Source: Candidatus Woesearchaeota archaeon (GTDB lineage Archaea; Nanobdellota; Nanobdellia; Woesearchaeales; DATGWN01). Taken from it: a stretch of 34,621 nucleotides of DNA. This document shows positions 9,571-18,558 of this stretch, in pieces. The notes under the pieces are model-generated. The model was not told the origin of the DNA. It was given only the letters and a program-made list of their open reading frames with translations, and made no database searches. A program made the translations under genes and the position numbers. The stretch spans positions 1-34,621 of the forward strand of contig JBLKOU010000007.1 of NCBI GenBank assembly GCA_047603125.1, written 5' to 3'. The stretch's first letter is position 1. The number at the start of each line of letters is the position of its first letter.

Positions 9571-10634
9571 ATTTTTATAAATAAAAGTGGCGTTTTACCC
9601 ATGAACACTTCTAATCGTTCTATAATTTTCCAAGACTCATCTATATATTGAATATCGTTTGGATTCTTTAAACAAAAAGTAATGGTTGCTTTCTTTTTCA
9701 AAACATCTTGCACACGCGAAAAAAATTGTTTATACACTTTTGGTTTATTAACTGGAGGACAAGTAACAATTGCATCCACTTGTTGTTCAAATTTTAAATC
9801 CATAAAATCAGTTTCAATTCGAGAAAACTGAGCTTGTTTGAGCACTCCAGCAATCTTTGCATTTCTCTTACAAAAATCAATGTTTTTTGACTGTATGTCA
9901 AAGCCATGTACTAATCCAATATCTGTTTGTTCTTGTTCATACTGAGTAATTTTTTGCTGTATCTGCTCTCGAACAAAGGGTTTTTGATGTAAACACGCAA
10001 ATGTTTGATACGTATAGACATGCGGACTTTTTTTAAAAAACCACAGTAAGGCTTCAATACAAATCGTTCCCGAACCACAAAATGGATCAAGCACCACATC
10101 TGTTTTTTTAATCTGAGAAAACAATAATAGATCAAATGCAATACTTGCCCGCAGCGAACCCGGCTCATTGTAAATTTTATATTCTCGCTTTGCTAAATTA
10201 ACACCCGTCACATCAACTCCACTTAAGCAATGATCCTCAAGACAAATTGTCCACACAATCGCATTTGGATTTGATAAATCAACGACACTTTCAGGTATAC
10301 ATTCCTTAATGAGCGCCCCTTGACTTTTTTCTAATTGTTCCTTATCAATAGTCTCATCAGTACTATACACACTACTTCGAAAAGAATGATTTGCATCTAA
10401 AAATAATGATAAATCAGAAGTGATTGTTTCTTCAGGCGTTTTTGCAATTCCCGTAATGACAATAACACGAGTTGCGCACTGTGCAACATACGCTAAATAA
10501 AAGGCATCTTCAATTTGTGTAATCTGCACCCGACAATATTGATCAAAAACAGCCGTAACAGAAAAACCTAATTGTTTTATGTATTCGCTACACAACGACT
10601 CTGCTCCTTTATCAAAAAAAACTGCTACTTGCAT
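9558..10634 (-). CDS. THUMP-domain SAM-dependent RNA methyltransferase (Trm14/RlmL-like)
   Basis: LAKREYKIYNEPGSLRASIA, VLDPFCGSGTICIEA, GFDI, IVTCPP. Likely start is MQVAVF at 10634. Confidence 0.88.
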   Translation of the reverse strand: MQVAVFFDKGAESLCSEYIKQLGFSVTAVFDQYCRVQITQIEDAFYLAYVAQCATRVIVITGIAKTPEETITSDLSLFLDANHSFRSSVYSTDETIDKEQLEKSQGALIKECIPESVVDLSNPNAIVWTICLEDHCLSGVDVTGVNLAKREYKIYNEPGSLRASIAFDLLLFSQIKKTDVVLDPFCGSGTICIEALLWFFKKSPHVYTYQTFACLHQKPFVREQIQQKITQYEQEQTDIGLVHGFDIQSKNIDFCKRNAKIAGVLKQAQFSRIETDFMDLKFEQQVDAIVTCPPVNKPKVYKQFFSRVQDVLKKKATITFCLKNPNDIQYIDESWKIIERLEVFMGKTPLLFIKMERK

Positions 10635-10700
10635 ATACCTGTAAACTTCACCTGCATTAAAAAGGTTGTTGTTTCTAGTAAACAATTCATTACCACGAAC

Positions 10701-11079
10701 GGCTCCATCCAAAAAAGAATAACAAAAGTTCGCTGCTCGAAACTAATTGAAAAACACAAGTTTTTCAAACCCAGAAAACTAGGACGTTTTCTAGGTATCC
10801 CCGCCCTAAAGGGACGGGGTATTACGCTTCTCACCTAATCGCGAACTTTTGAATTGAGAGTTTACAGACTAAAGTCCGGGGTGTTATACCCGCGAAACTC
10901 TCAATAAAGAAGAGCGCCTTGCAGCAAAGTCAGAAAATTTGGCGATTGTTTGAAAGCTTCTTTCAAACTTAAGGATGAAAATCCGAAAAAATACAGCCGA
11001 ATTTTCGCACGATTCTCAAAGCGGGACTCTTGAGCCAAGTCTGCGTGCTCTTCTTTGAAAAACAATTATTGGATGAAGC
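10701..11079 (+). repeat. Repeat family B, copy 1 (interrupted by A copy 2)
   Basis: Terminal inverted repeats GCTCCATCCAA...TTGGATGAAGC. The core GATTCTCAAAGCGGGACTCTTGAG is shared with 17236-17376 and 20217-20410. Confidence 0.75.
10723..10902. mobile_element. Repeat family A, copy 2 (long form, 180 bp)
   Basis: Near-identical to copy 3. Flanked by AATAA (10718-10722 and 10903-10907). Confidence 0.85.
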
Positions 11080-11119
11080 GAGCAAAAATTATTTAAACGC
11101 TCAGGATTGTCATACGAAT

Positions 11120-11656
11120 ATGGAAGACATGCAAGTAATTAATGGTGAACTCTGCCCGTTTTGTGGGAGTAAGACATTAACACTGGTAGAAGAGCAAAGA
11201 GAGATACCGTATTTTGGACAAGTATTCTTATTTTCTATGAGTTGCTCTACTTGTAAATATCATAAAGCAGATATAGAATCTGCAGAAAAAAGAGACCCCG
11301 TAAAAATAACATTCCCTATTGAAAGCGAAGATGATTTAACTGTTCGCGTCGTGAAAAGTGCAAGTGCAACAGTAAAATTTCCTCGCATTATTACTATGGA
11401 ATCAACAGAAATGTCCAATGGGTATGTAACAAATATTGAAGGTTTGCTCAAGCGCGTTCAAAAGATACTTGAATCAACACGTGATACCAGTGATGACGCA
11501 AATGAACAAAAACAAGCAAAGAATCATCTCAAAAAAATCCAAAAAATTCTTTGGGGTCACGATAAAATCACTATTACTATTGAAGATCCAACAGGCGTTT
11601 CTGCAATTATTAGTGATAAAACACAAACAACAAAATTAAAATCTTCTAAAAAATAA
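11120..11656 (+). CDS. Archaeal ZPR1 zinc-finger protein
   Basis: CPFCG...EIPYFG.V.LFSMSCSTCKY, GYVTNIEGLL, ITIEDPTGVSAI. Start reassigned to the ATG at 11120. Confidence 0.92.
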   Translation: MEDMQVINGELCPFCGSKTLTLVEEQREIPYFGQVFLFSMSCSTCKYHKADIESAEKRDPVKITFPIESEDDLTVRVVKSASATVKFPRIITMESTEMSNGYVTNIEGLLKRVQKILESTRDTSDDANEQKQAKNHLKKIQKILWGHDKITITIEDPTGVSAIISDKTQTTKLKSSKK

Positions 11657-11665
11657 AGAAAAAAA

Positions 11666-11983
11666 TTATTTTACAAATGGAATTGAAAGCGGATACTTCC
11701 AAGTCTCATTATTTGCAGCTTTCACTGCAGCCATTATGCAAAAAATAATATCGGCAAGAAACAGCAGAGGTAAGATAATTATACCAACAAGCAAAAACAC
11801 TAAAATAAAGGCAACAAATGTATAAATCATTAAACTCAGCTGCCAATTAAGCGCATTTTTGGAATGTTCTTTAATTCCTTTTCCACTGCTTACTAAAAAC
11901 ACAATTAACGGTCCCAAAAAAGAAAAAAATAGACCTAATATGTGTACAAGTACCGATATTGCTTTTTCATCATTACTTGCCAT
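11666..11983 (-). CDS. DUF4870 (Tic20-like) membrane protein
   Basis: DEKAISVLVHIL...LGPLIVFL...KEHSKNALNWQLS...AAVKAANNETWKYPLSIPF. Confidence 0.9.
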   Translation of the reverse strand: MASNDEKAISVLVHILGLFFSFLGPLIVFLVSSGKGIKEHSKNALNWQLSLMIYTFVAFILVFLLVGIIILPLLFLADIIFCIMAAVKAANNETWKYPLSIPFVK

Positions 11984-12044
11984 ATATTCTTTTTGAAATA
12001 CGACTTTATAAATTTTCGCATGAAACAACTACCAACAATAATAA

Positions 12045-12224
12045 CAAAAGTTCGCTGCTCGAAGCTAATTGAAAAACACAAGTTTTTCAAACCCAGAAAA
12101 CTAGGACGTTTTCTAGGTATCCCCGCCCTAAAGGGACGGGGTATTACGCTTCTCACCTAATCGCGAACTTTTGAATTGAGAGTTTGCGGACTAAAGTCCG
12201 GGGTATTATACCCGCGAAACTCTC
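12045..12224. mobile_element. Repeat family A, copy 3 (long form, 180 bp)
   Basis: Flanked by AATAA (12040-12044 and 12225-12229). Abuts repeat C copy 1. Confidence 0.85.
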
Positions 12225-12330
12225 AATAAATTGTAATGCCTTGGCGAAAAATCAGAATTTCGAGGAGTTGCGCACCGGAGAAATTCGCAAGATGAACCGC
12301 TGTTCAAAAATCGCCGCATTATAATTTATT
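12225..12330. repeat. Repeat family C, copy 1
   Basis: About 97-nt core nearly identical to 20109-20206. Terminal inverted repeat AATAAATTGTAATGC...GCATTATAATTTATT. Confidence 0.8.
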
Positions 12331-12425
12331 TCTATCTAAAACAAACACCCACCTCTCCATCCTATTTACACAAACACAAAAAGACAACCACAACGCATTT
12401 AAATACCAATAAAAATCAACTACCT

Positions 12426-13787
12426 ATGAAAGTTGGGCTAGAAATACATGGATATATTAAAACGCAAACAAAGCTTTTTTGCCCATGTAAAACTGTCGAT
12501 TCAAAACCAAACACAAACATTTGCCCAGTGTGCACCGGACAACCCGGCTCTAAACCACAAGCAATCAATGCAACTGCACTAGAAAAAGCAATCAAAATTG
12601 GCTTAATGCTTGGCTGTACTATTAACCCTCGCCTCACTATGCAACGAAAACATTATAGCTGGCCGGATTCTCCAAACAATTATCAACGAACGATGTCCGG
12701 CTCATACGCAACGCCTGTTGGCGAGAACGGAATATTTGAGGGAATTCGCATCACAGAAGTACATCTTGAAGAAGACCCTGCAAGATGGGATCCACAAACA
12801 GGCGCAATTGACTATAATAGAGCAGGTGTCCCACTTATTGAAATTGTCACAGAGCCTGATTTTACAAATGTAGAGCAAATCACACAATGGTTACAAAAAC
12901 TCATCACAACACTCACCTATATTGATGCAATAAATAAAACTGCAGGAATTAAGTCTGACGTAAATGTCAGTATTGAGCCAAAATTTGAGCGAGTAGAAAT
13001 TAAAAATGTCAATTCACAAAGTACCATCGCACAAGCCGTCGAATATGAAGTACAGCGACAAGAACAAGAAGTTGCAAATAATAAACCAATCCCCATGCAA
13101 ACTCGAACCTGGAATGATGCACTCCAAGAAACTGTTTTCATGCGATCCAAAGAAACCGCACAAGACTATATGTTTATTCCTGATCCTGACATTACAAGCG
13201 TTGATGTAAAGGAATCATATCTACAACAACTCAAAGAAACGCTTCCAGAGCCCCCATCTGTAAAAGAAGAAAAACTCATCAAACTAGGTGTAAAAAAAGA
13301 TGATGCGCGAGTTCTCTCACTTGAATTTCCCCTCATCGTACTTTTTGAAGAACTTTCCGCAACAATACCAATATCAATACTTACTACATATCTACGAAGA
13401 GAGTTTGTGCGAATTGCAAACTATAACTCAAAAAGAGTAGATGAGCTTATCCTTGATCAAAAACAAATTCAAACCCTGCTTACACTTGTCAAAGAGAAAA
13501 AAATAACGGATGCAGTTGCACAAAAAATTTTAGAAAAACTTTTACTTGATCCTTTCGACGTACAAGAATATATTGAAAAAAACAACCTCACTGCTGTTGA
13601 TGACAAAGATGCATTAGAACAAATTTGCAAACAAGTCATACAAGCACAAGAAAAAGCAGTTAAAGATTACCAGCAAGGAAACATGCAATCACTTAATTTT
13701 CTTGTTGGACAAGTTATGCGAACAACAAAAGGAGCTGCAACGCCTGATACCGTTATACAAACATTTGAGAGACTCTTAAAAAAATGA
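12426..13787 (+). CDS. gatB: Asp/Glu-tRNA amidotransferase subunit B
   Basis: KVGLEIH...TKLFC, CPVCTGQPG, HLEED, IDYNRAGVPLIEIVTEPD, RVEIKNVNS, FLVGQVMR. Confidence 0.95.
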   Translation: MKVGLEIHGYIKTQTKLFCPCKTVDSKPNTNICPVCTGQPGSKPQAINATALEKAIKIGLMLGCTINPRLTMQRKHYSWPDSPNNYQRTMSGSYATPVGENGIFEGIRITEVHLEEDPARWDPQTGAIDYNRAGVPLIEIVTEPDFTNVEQITQWLQKLITTLTYIDAINKTAGIKSDVNVSIEPKFERVEIKNVNSQSTIAQAVEYEVQRQEQEVANNKPIPMQTRTWNDALQETVFMRSKETAQDYMFIPDPDITSVDVKESYLQQLKETLPEPPSVKEEKLIKLGVKKDDARVLSLEFPLIVLFEELSATIPISILTTYLRREFVRIANYNSKRVDELILDQKQIQTLLTLVKEKKITDAVAQKILEKLLLDPFDVQEYIEKNNLTAVDDKDALEQICKQVIQAQEKAVKDYQQGNMQSLNFLVGQVMRTTKGAATPDTVIQTFERLLKK

Positions 13788-16024
13788 CTGAAGAAACACT
13801 CCAAACATACAAACCTGAATTCAATGTATTTGTCGTCTACGGACTGGTTGTTAAAACACTCTTTTTTCTCATACTCATAACCATACTTATCGCAATAAGT
13901 CTCATGTTCATTCGTGCGCTCTTTCCTTTTATTATAACCCTCATACCTTTATTATACCTATACATCGTTGTAGGAACAATTATTCAATACAAAAAAACGT
14001 ATTATGAGATTACACCAACAAAAATCATCGCATATTCAGGTGGAATTATTACAAATACACAAACCGAAGTACTTTTCAAACGCATTGTCACAGTCTCACT
14101 GGTCAGACCGTTTGTTGAATATTCCTTATTTAAAACAGGATATGTTCATATTGACAGCGCCGGGAGTGGGAATTCAATTACTTGTGTTTCCTTATTACAG
14201 CCTGAACAACTCTATAAAGATATGCGTACCTATATGAAACAATCAGGATTCTCTCTTTCACGAAAAAAGCTTTTACTTCGAGAGCAACCCAAAACTATTG
14301 GTATTGCCCTTGACTTGTTTCGAACAGTCTTTTTTCTCGCAGTCGCATTCATATTTATAGGAGGACCAACACTGATTCTTCTCATCTTACAATCACGACT
14401 TTTTTTCTTTTTATTTCTCTTTGTTTCCACATTTGTCGTACTCGGATTTGGAATCTGGTTTTTACTACGATATTTAGACTTAAAAAAACGAGTCTATTCT
14501 ATTTACGAGGATCTTATCGAATATAACGAAGGGTTTCTAACCAAACATGACGCATTCATACCCCAAGAAAGTTTAACAGATGCTCAGCAAAATCAAAACT
14601 TTATTGAAAGAATTGTTGACATTCACACAGTCATTATTCGCTGCGAAGGAAGTAATAATCAAATACTCTTTACAAATATAGGAAATGGAAAAAAACTCGT
14701 GCGTGTTGTCAAAAGCATTATTGAGACAGGAACAACAACAAAACTGCAGCCTGAGCAAACAAACATACCTGAACAACAACAAGCAAGTACAACACCACAA
14801 CCAAAAACTGCAAAAACAACAACAAAACCACTTCTCCAACTTCGTATGAAACTCTCTCGCGTCTTGGTTGTAAATGCTGCCAAACTTTTGCTTCTCATAC
14901 CCGTTATATTTTTCCCAATATTATTTCCTATCATTTTTATTCTTGCATTTCAAATTGGCGCAGATGTTTTACGCTATTTTTCACATAAATTTCATATGTA
15001 TGCACAAAGTTTTGAAGTAGAAGTAAAACTTCTCAATATCACACGATTAAACTTTACCGATGCAAAAATCATGTCTTTTCGCGTCAACCGCTCGATACTT
15101 GATAAAATCATGAACACTTGTACACTTGAATTTACATCCATCGGATCAAGTGAAAAAATGAAGTTTGAGCATATTGAATATGATCTAAAAATCGTTGACC
15201 AAATACGAGAACGATTAGCATTCACACAAGAACGAACAACAAGTGTCAATGAAAATGTCACCTCGCCTTTATCTATATGCGTTGGAAATATACCGCTTCT
15301 TATAGGCGTACTTTTTCTCTCCCTCATAGCCTTTATTCTTGGCGTAATCATCCATGCGCTCATACTTATTGCAGGAGGTGTGTTTCTAGTACTTGGCGTT
15401 TTATACATTATTGGCGATTACCTCAGGTACAAAGATGCAAACTGCCATCTATACGAAACATATCTTACCTACACATATGGCTTTTTTCGAACACAGACCA
15501 TTTTTGCTAAATTTGAAAATATTAAAAATACAACTGTGAAATACTACCCCCTCCTCAGCACTGGGGAAATCTACTATGATGTTGCAGGAGAGTTTCAAGA
15601 AACAGGACAAAAAGTTGCTCAAAATAATAGAATAGTCTGTAAATATGTCAAAGAACTTCCACCAAAAAAGACAGGAGAGCACTACAAAGCAAACCTCAAA
15701 AGCGCACTTCTCTCCTATGCTCCGAGTTGTTTGCTCATCGTTCCCATTTTATTCTTACCTTTGTTTATACGATATACAAAAATTCGACAATATTTTATTA
15801 CAGATACAAGTCTTATTGTACGAACTGGTATTTTTTACAAATATTTTTGTACTATAGATTTTGAAAAAATTAATCGTGTGCGGCTGCATCAAAACTTTGC
15901 AAACAAAGCAACACAAACAGGGAACATATATGTTTATACCGCTGGAAGCAGCTCATATGAAATCGACATTAGTCATGTCAACGAATATCAAAAGATTTAT
16001 GCGTTTTTACAATCACTCGAATAA
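13784..16024 (+). CDS. Membrane protein with about five bacterial PH (bPH_2/YdbS-YdbT-like) domains
   Basis: Five copies of [TM]-YxITxxxIxxxxG(F)...I..V...Q/R....TG.V.I.S/TAG separated by TM hairpins. Confidence 0.8.
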   Translation: MTEETLQTYKPEFNVFVVYGLVVKTLFFLILITILIAISLMFIRALFPFIITLIPLLYLYIVVGTIIQYKKTYYEITPTKIIAYSGGIITNTQTEVLFKRIVTVSLVRPFVEYSLFKTGYVHIDSAGSGNSITCVSLLQPEQLYKDMRTYMKQSGFSLSRKKLLLREQPKTIGIALDLFRTVFFLAVAFIFIGGPTLILLILQSRLFFFLFLFVSTFVVLGFGIWFLLRYLDLKKRVYSIYEDLIEYNEGFLTKHDAFIPQESLTDAQQNQNFIERIVDIHTVIIRCEGSNNQILFTNIGNGKKLVRVVKSIIETGTTTKLQPEQTNIPEQQQASTTPQPKTAKTTTKPLLQLRMKLSRVLVVNAAKLLLLIPVIFFPILFPIIFILAFQIGADVLRYFSHKFHMYAQSFEVEVKLLNITRLNFTDAKIMSFRVNRSILDKIMNTCTLEFTSIGSSEKMKFEHIEYDLKIVDQIRERLAFTQERTTSVNENVTSPLSICVGNIPLLIGVLFLSLIAFILGVIIHALILIAGGVFLVLGVLYIIGDYLRYKDANCHLYETYLTYTYGFFRTQTIFAKFENIKNTTVKYYPLLSTGEIYYDVAGEFQETGQKVAQNNRIVCKYVKELPPKKTGEHYKANLKSALLSYAPSCLLIVPILFLPLFIRYTKIRQYFITDTSLIVRTGIFYKYFCTIDFEKINRVRLHQNFANKATQTGNIYVYTAGSSSYEIDISHVNEYQKIYAFLQSLE

Positions 16025-17188
16025 GCGCTCAACTGTTTGGACAATTCTCTTTTCAAAATCTGTTTGGGTCTCCCCATCACCCTTCTTACTATCCAGACTT
16101 ATCAGTAATTGCCGAATAAGTTCACGTTCATTTTCCACAGGGCTTGGAAACTGACCAATATGTTTTTCAATAAACTCTTGCGTTGTTTCCCGCTTTTCTA
16201 ATTGCGTGGTTTCAAACTCCTGTGTTTCTAATTTTGCCGTATTCTTTAGCACCGTATATGCTTGTTTAAAATCAGGTAAAGCAAGCTGCGAATAAGAAAA
16301 AGATAATTTTCCAATTAATCGTAATAGCACAATTTTATTCTCCACATCATACCGATTAATTTCTTCCACAATTGCTTGCGGATCTTTTTTTGTACAATCT
16401 ACACAAATTGAAACTGTCGGATATAATTGAACATAGCGAAATTGAGACTCTATTGAATTTTTTGAAACCGTATTAATGACAAATGACCCCTGCTCTAGAT
16501 CTTCTAGTTCTTGAAAGCTATTTGGAAACACCGGCCCAGGATAAACAAATCTTCCAAAATCTGCAAAATCCTGAATTTTTCGTATATGGATATGACCTCC
16601 CGCATAATATCGAAATCCCTTAGGAAAGAAAGAAAGCGGAATACTTTCCATAAACTCATTTAATGAATCTACCATCTCAGTTACCGTCGTATGAAACAAA
16701 AATATTTTTTCAGTATGTGTTGACTGCTCCAAAAGTTCTCGATCTAAAAGTTCAAAATGTTGCTTTTCTAATGAATTGGCTCGACCTAAGATACCACAAA
16801 GCTGTACATTCGTTTTTTTATCAGTAATAAAAGAAAGCTGTAATTTTTGATCAATGGTTCCATCCAAGACATTTTTGACAAGACCCGTCTCTTCTAATAT
16901 GTGAAGCATAGTTTTGCCTGCCGGACTATAATCATGTGAGCCTGCAATAATGTATACTGGTATTGCTTGATTCTCCAAACGTTTTAATTGTTGAATTGTA
17001 AACTTTAAAACATCCACACTTGGAAGCGCATTATTGAACAAATCTCCAGCAATTAAAACAAAGTCCACCTTTTCCAATAAACAGATATCGATTACCTTAG
17101 AAAAATGTTGCAGCCCTAAATCATGTAAAATAGGATCTCGCCATGAACCCAAGTGACAATCTGCTAAGTGAGCAAATTTGTATTTCAT
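16013..17188 (-). CDS. mre11: DNA double-strand break repair nuclease Mre11/SbcD
   Basis: HLADCHLG, IAGDLF, IAGSHD, FLFH, YYAGGHIH, VYPG. Confidence 0.92.
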   Translation of the reverse strand: MKYKFAHLADCHLGSWRDPILHDLGLQHFSKVIDICLLEKVDFVLIAGDLFNNALPSVDVLKFTIQQLKRLENQAIPVYIIAGSHDYSPAGKTMLHILEETGLVKNVLDGTIDQKLQLSFITDKKTNVQLCGILGRANSLEKQHFELLDRELLEQSTHTEKIFLFHTTVTEMVDSLNEFMESIPLSFFPKGFRYYAGGHIHIRKIQDFADFGRFVYPGPVFPNSFQELEDLEQGSFVINTVSKNSIESQFRYVQLYPTVSICVDCTKKDPQAIVEEINRYDVENKIVLLRLIGKLSFSYSQLALPDFKQAYTVLKNTAKLETQEFETTQLEKRETTQEFIEKHIGQFPSPVENERELIRQLLISLDSKKGDGETQTDFEKRIVQTVERLFE

Positions 17189-17235
17189 AGTAGATTGCAA
17201 AAAAGCCCTATTTATATGTGTTTGGGATTTTTATT

Positions 17236-17376
17236 CTACATCCAATTATTGTTTTTTAAGAGACGCAGATTTAGCTCAAGAGTCCCGCTTTGAGAATCGT
17301 ACGAAAATTCACCAGTATAAAGCAGTTAATTTTCTGATTATACTGCAAGGCGCTCTTTCTTATTTTTTAGATAACG
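17236..17376 (-). repeat. Repeat family B, copy 2 (internally shortened, degenerate ends)
   Basis: Reverse complement contains AAGAGCGCCTTGCAG...TCAGAAAATT...AATTTTCG..CGATTCTCAAAGCGGGACTCTTGAG. Overlaps the GH15 stop codon. Confidence 0.75.
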
Positions 17377-18505
17377 ACCCACGCGCATTCATCGAATCAA
17401 AATGTGCAAGTAAATGAGCATGTTCCGTTTCTTTTAAGAGCTTCACGACATTAATATGTTTTTTATTCATCACATATAATGCTAAAATTAACATCGCCTC
17501 GCTCCATCCAAGAGGAGAATTCTCATTATGCTGCTCAGAATTAGAATAATATAGTTCAGGAACTTCTCCTTTATCATTGATAGTTTCTACCGCTAATCGC
17601 TCATAATGCTGAGCACGCTTTTGATCTTTCATCTGCATATAAATTATTGATAACCATGAAAAACCAAATGTCCACTCCGCCTCTTCACTCATCCCATCTT
17701 CATTTTTATTATAATAATAATCATTTTTATAACGAATTACACCTTTTCGTTTCACAAGATGGTATTCCACATGCTCTAAAATTTGATCACGCTGTGAATT
17801 CGTAACAACATTGTAGGGAAATATTAACGAAAGCAATGCCAGGTCAACAAACTTTTTCTCAGACTCACGAGGCAATAATCGATTCAGCGCATGCCTGCCT
17901 TCACGAATCAAATATACCGGAACGGAAAAACCAGCTTTTCGAATTTCTCGAAGACCTGCTACACAAGCACCGACGGACGAGGCGTGAACTTCTTCATTTT
18001 CTTCCCACATACCGCTATCTAAATCCTTCCAATATTCAAGTGTTGCTAAATATTTAATGAGTAAATTAATAATATCCTTATCCTTTTGCGACTCGATTAT
18101 TTTGACATTTTGCTGCTCTAAAATACCAACCATAAATAAAATTGCACCAACAGAATCATTTTGCTTATTTCCCCATTCTTCCCAAAACTCATCAAATGTT
18201 TCCGGGTGAAATCGCGCATGAATATACTCATAGCGATGTTTCGGTCGATGCTCTGCCGCATGGCGAATTTTATACTCATGTTTTATAAAAATATCAAGAA
18301 GCGCACGATATGTTTTTCTCACCGTTTCATAATCTTTGAGAACAAAAAATGGTAAGCATTCATAGAAATTATCACGAAGCCAACTTTTATCATAACCCGT
18401 ATCCACACTCTTTGATGAAGCCGCAAATAATCCAGATTTATATTGTAAACCTCGTAAAATTCCTAAATGTTGCTCCAGCAAATGTTTATATGCGATTTGT
18501 GCCAC
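17360..18505 (-). CDS. Glycoside hydrolase family 15-like protein (glucoamylase / phosphorylase-kinase alpha-beta-like fold)
   Basis: SGLFAAS, GYDKSWLRD, QNDSVG, DSGMWEE, GVIRYKNDYYY, VPELY, PLGWSEA. GTG start. Confidence 0.88.
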   Translation of the reverse strand: MAQIAYKHLLEQHLGILRGLQYKSGLFAASSKSVDTGYDKSWLRDNFYECLPFFVLKDYETVRKTYRALLDIFIKHEYKIRHAAEHRPKHRYEYIHARFHPETFDEFWEEWGNKQNDSVGAILFMVGILEQQNVKIIESQKDKDIINLLIKYLATLEYWKDLDSGMWEENEEVHASSVGACVAGLREIRKAGFSVPVYLIREGRHALNRLLPRESEKKFVDLALLSLIFPYNVVTNSQRDQILEHVEYHLVKRKGVIRYKNDYYYNKNEDGMSEEAEWTFGFSWLSIIYMQMKDQKRAQHYERLAVETINDKGEVPELYYSNSEQHNENSPLGWSEAMLILALYVMNKKHINVVKLLKETEHAHLLAHFDSMNARGSLSKK

Positions 18506-18558
18506 AACTCTTTATTCGAAAATACCTTTTTAAAAGTTCCGTTTCACTAAAGAGTAGT

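Noticed and set aside
10572..10838. Duplicated short ORFs (10572-10838, 10625-10834, 11935-12156, 11942-12160) with identical peptides
   Set aside because: They are translations of repeat A. Copy 1 breaks the frame with a 52-bp deletion, and the ORFs overlap real genes.
10908..11079. Family B or C as a known self-cleaving ribozyme or tRNA fragment
   Set aside because: I could not find a hammerhead core (CTGANGA...GAAA), a T-loop or another recognisable consensus by eye. A covariance search is needed to exclude it fully.
11030..11119. N-terminal extensions given by the ORF track for ZPR1 (also the methyltransferase, DUF4870, GrpE and LMW-PTP)
   Set aside because: The extensions run through repeats, promoters or upstream genes. 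Family homology begins at downstream ATGs.
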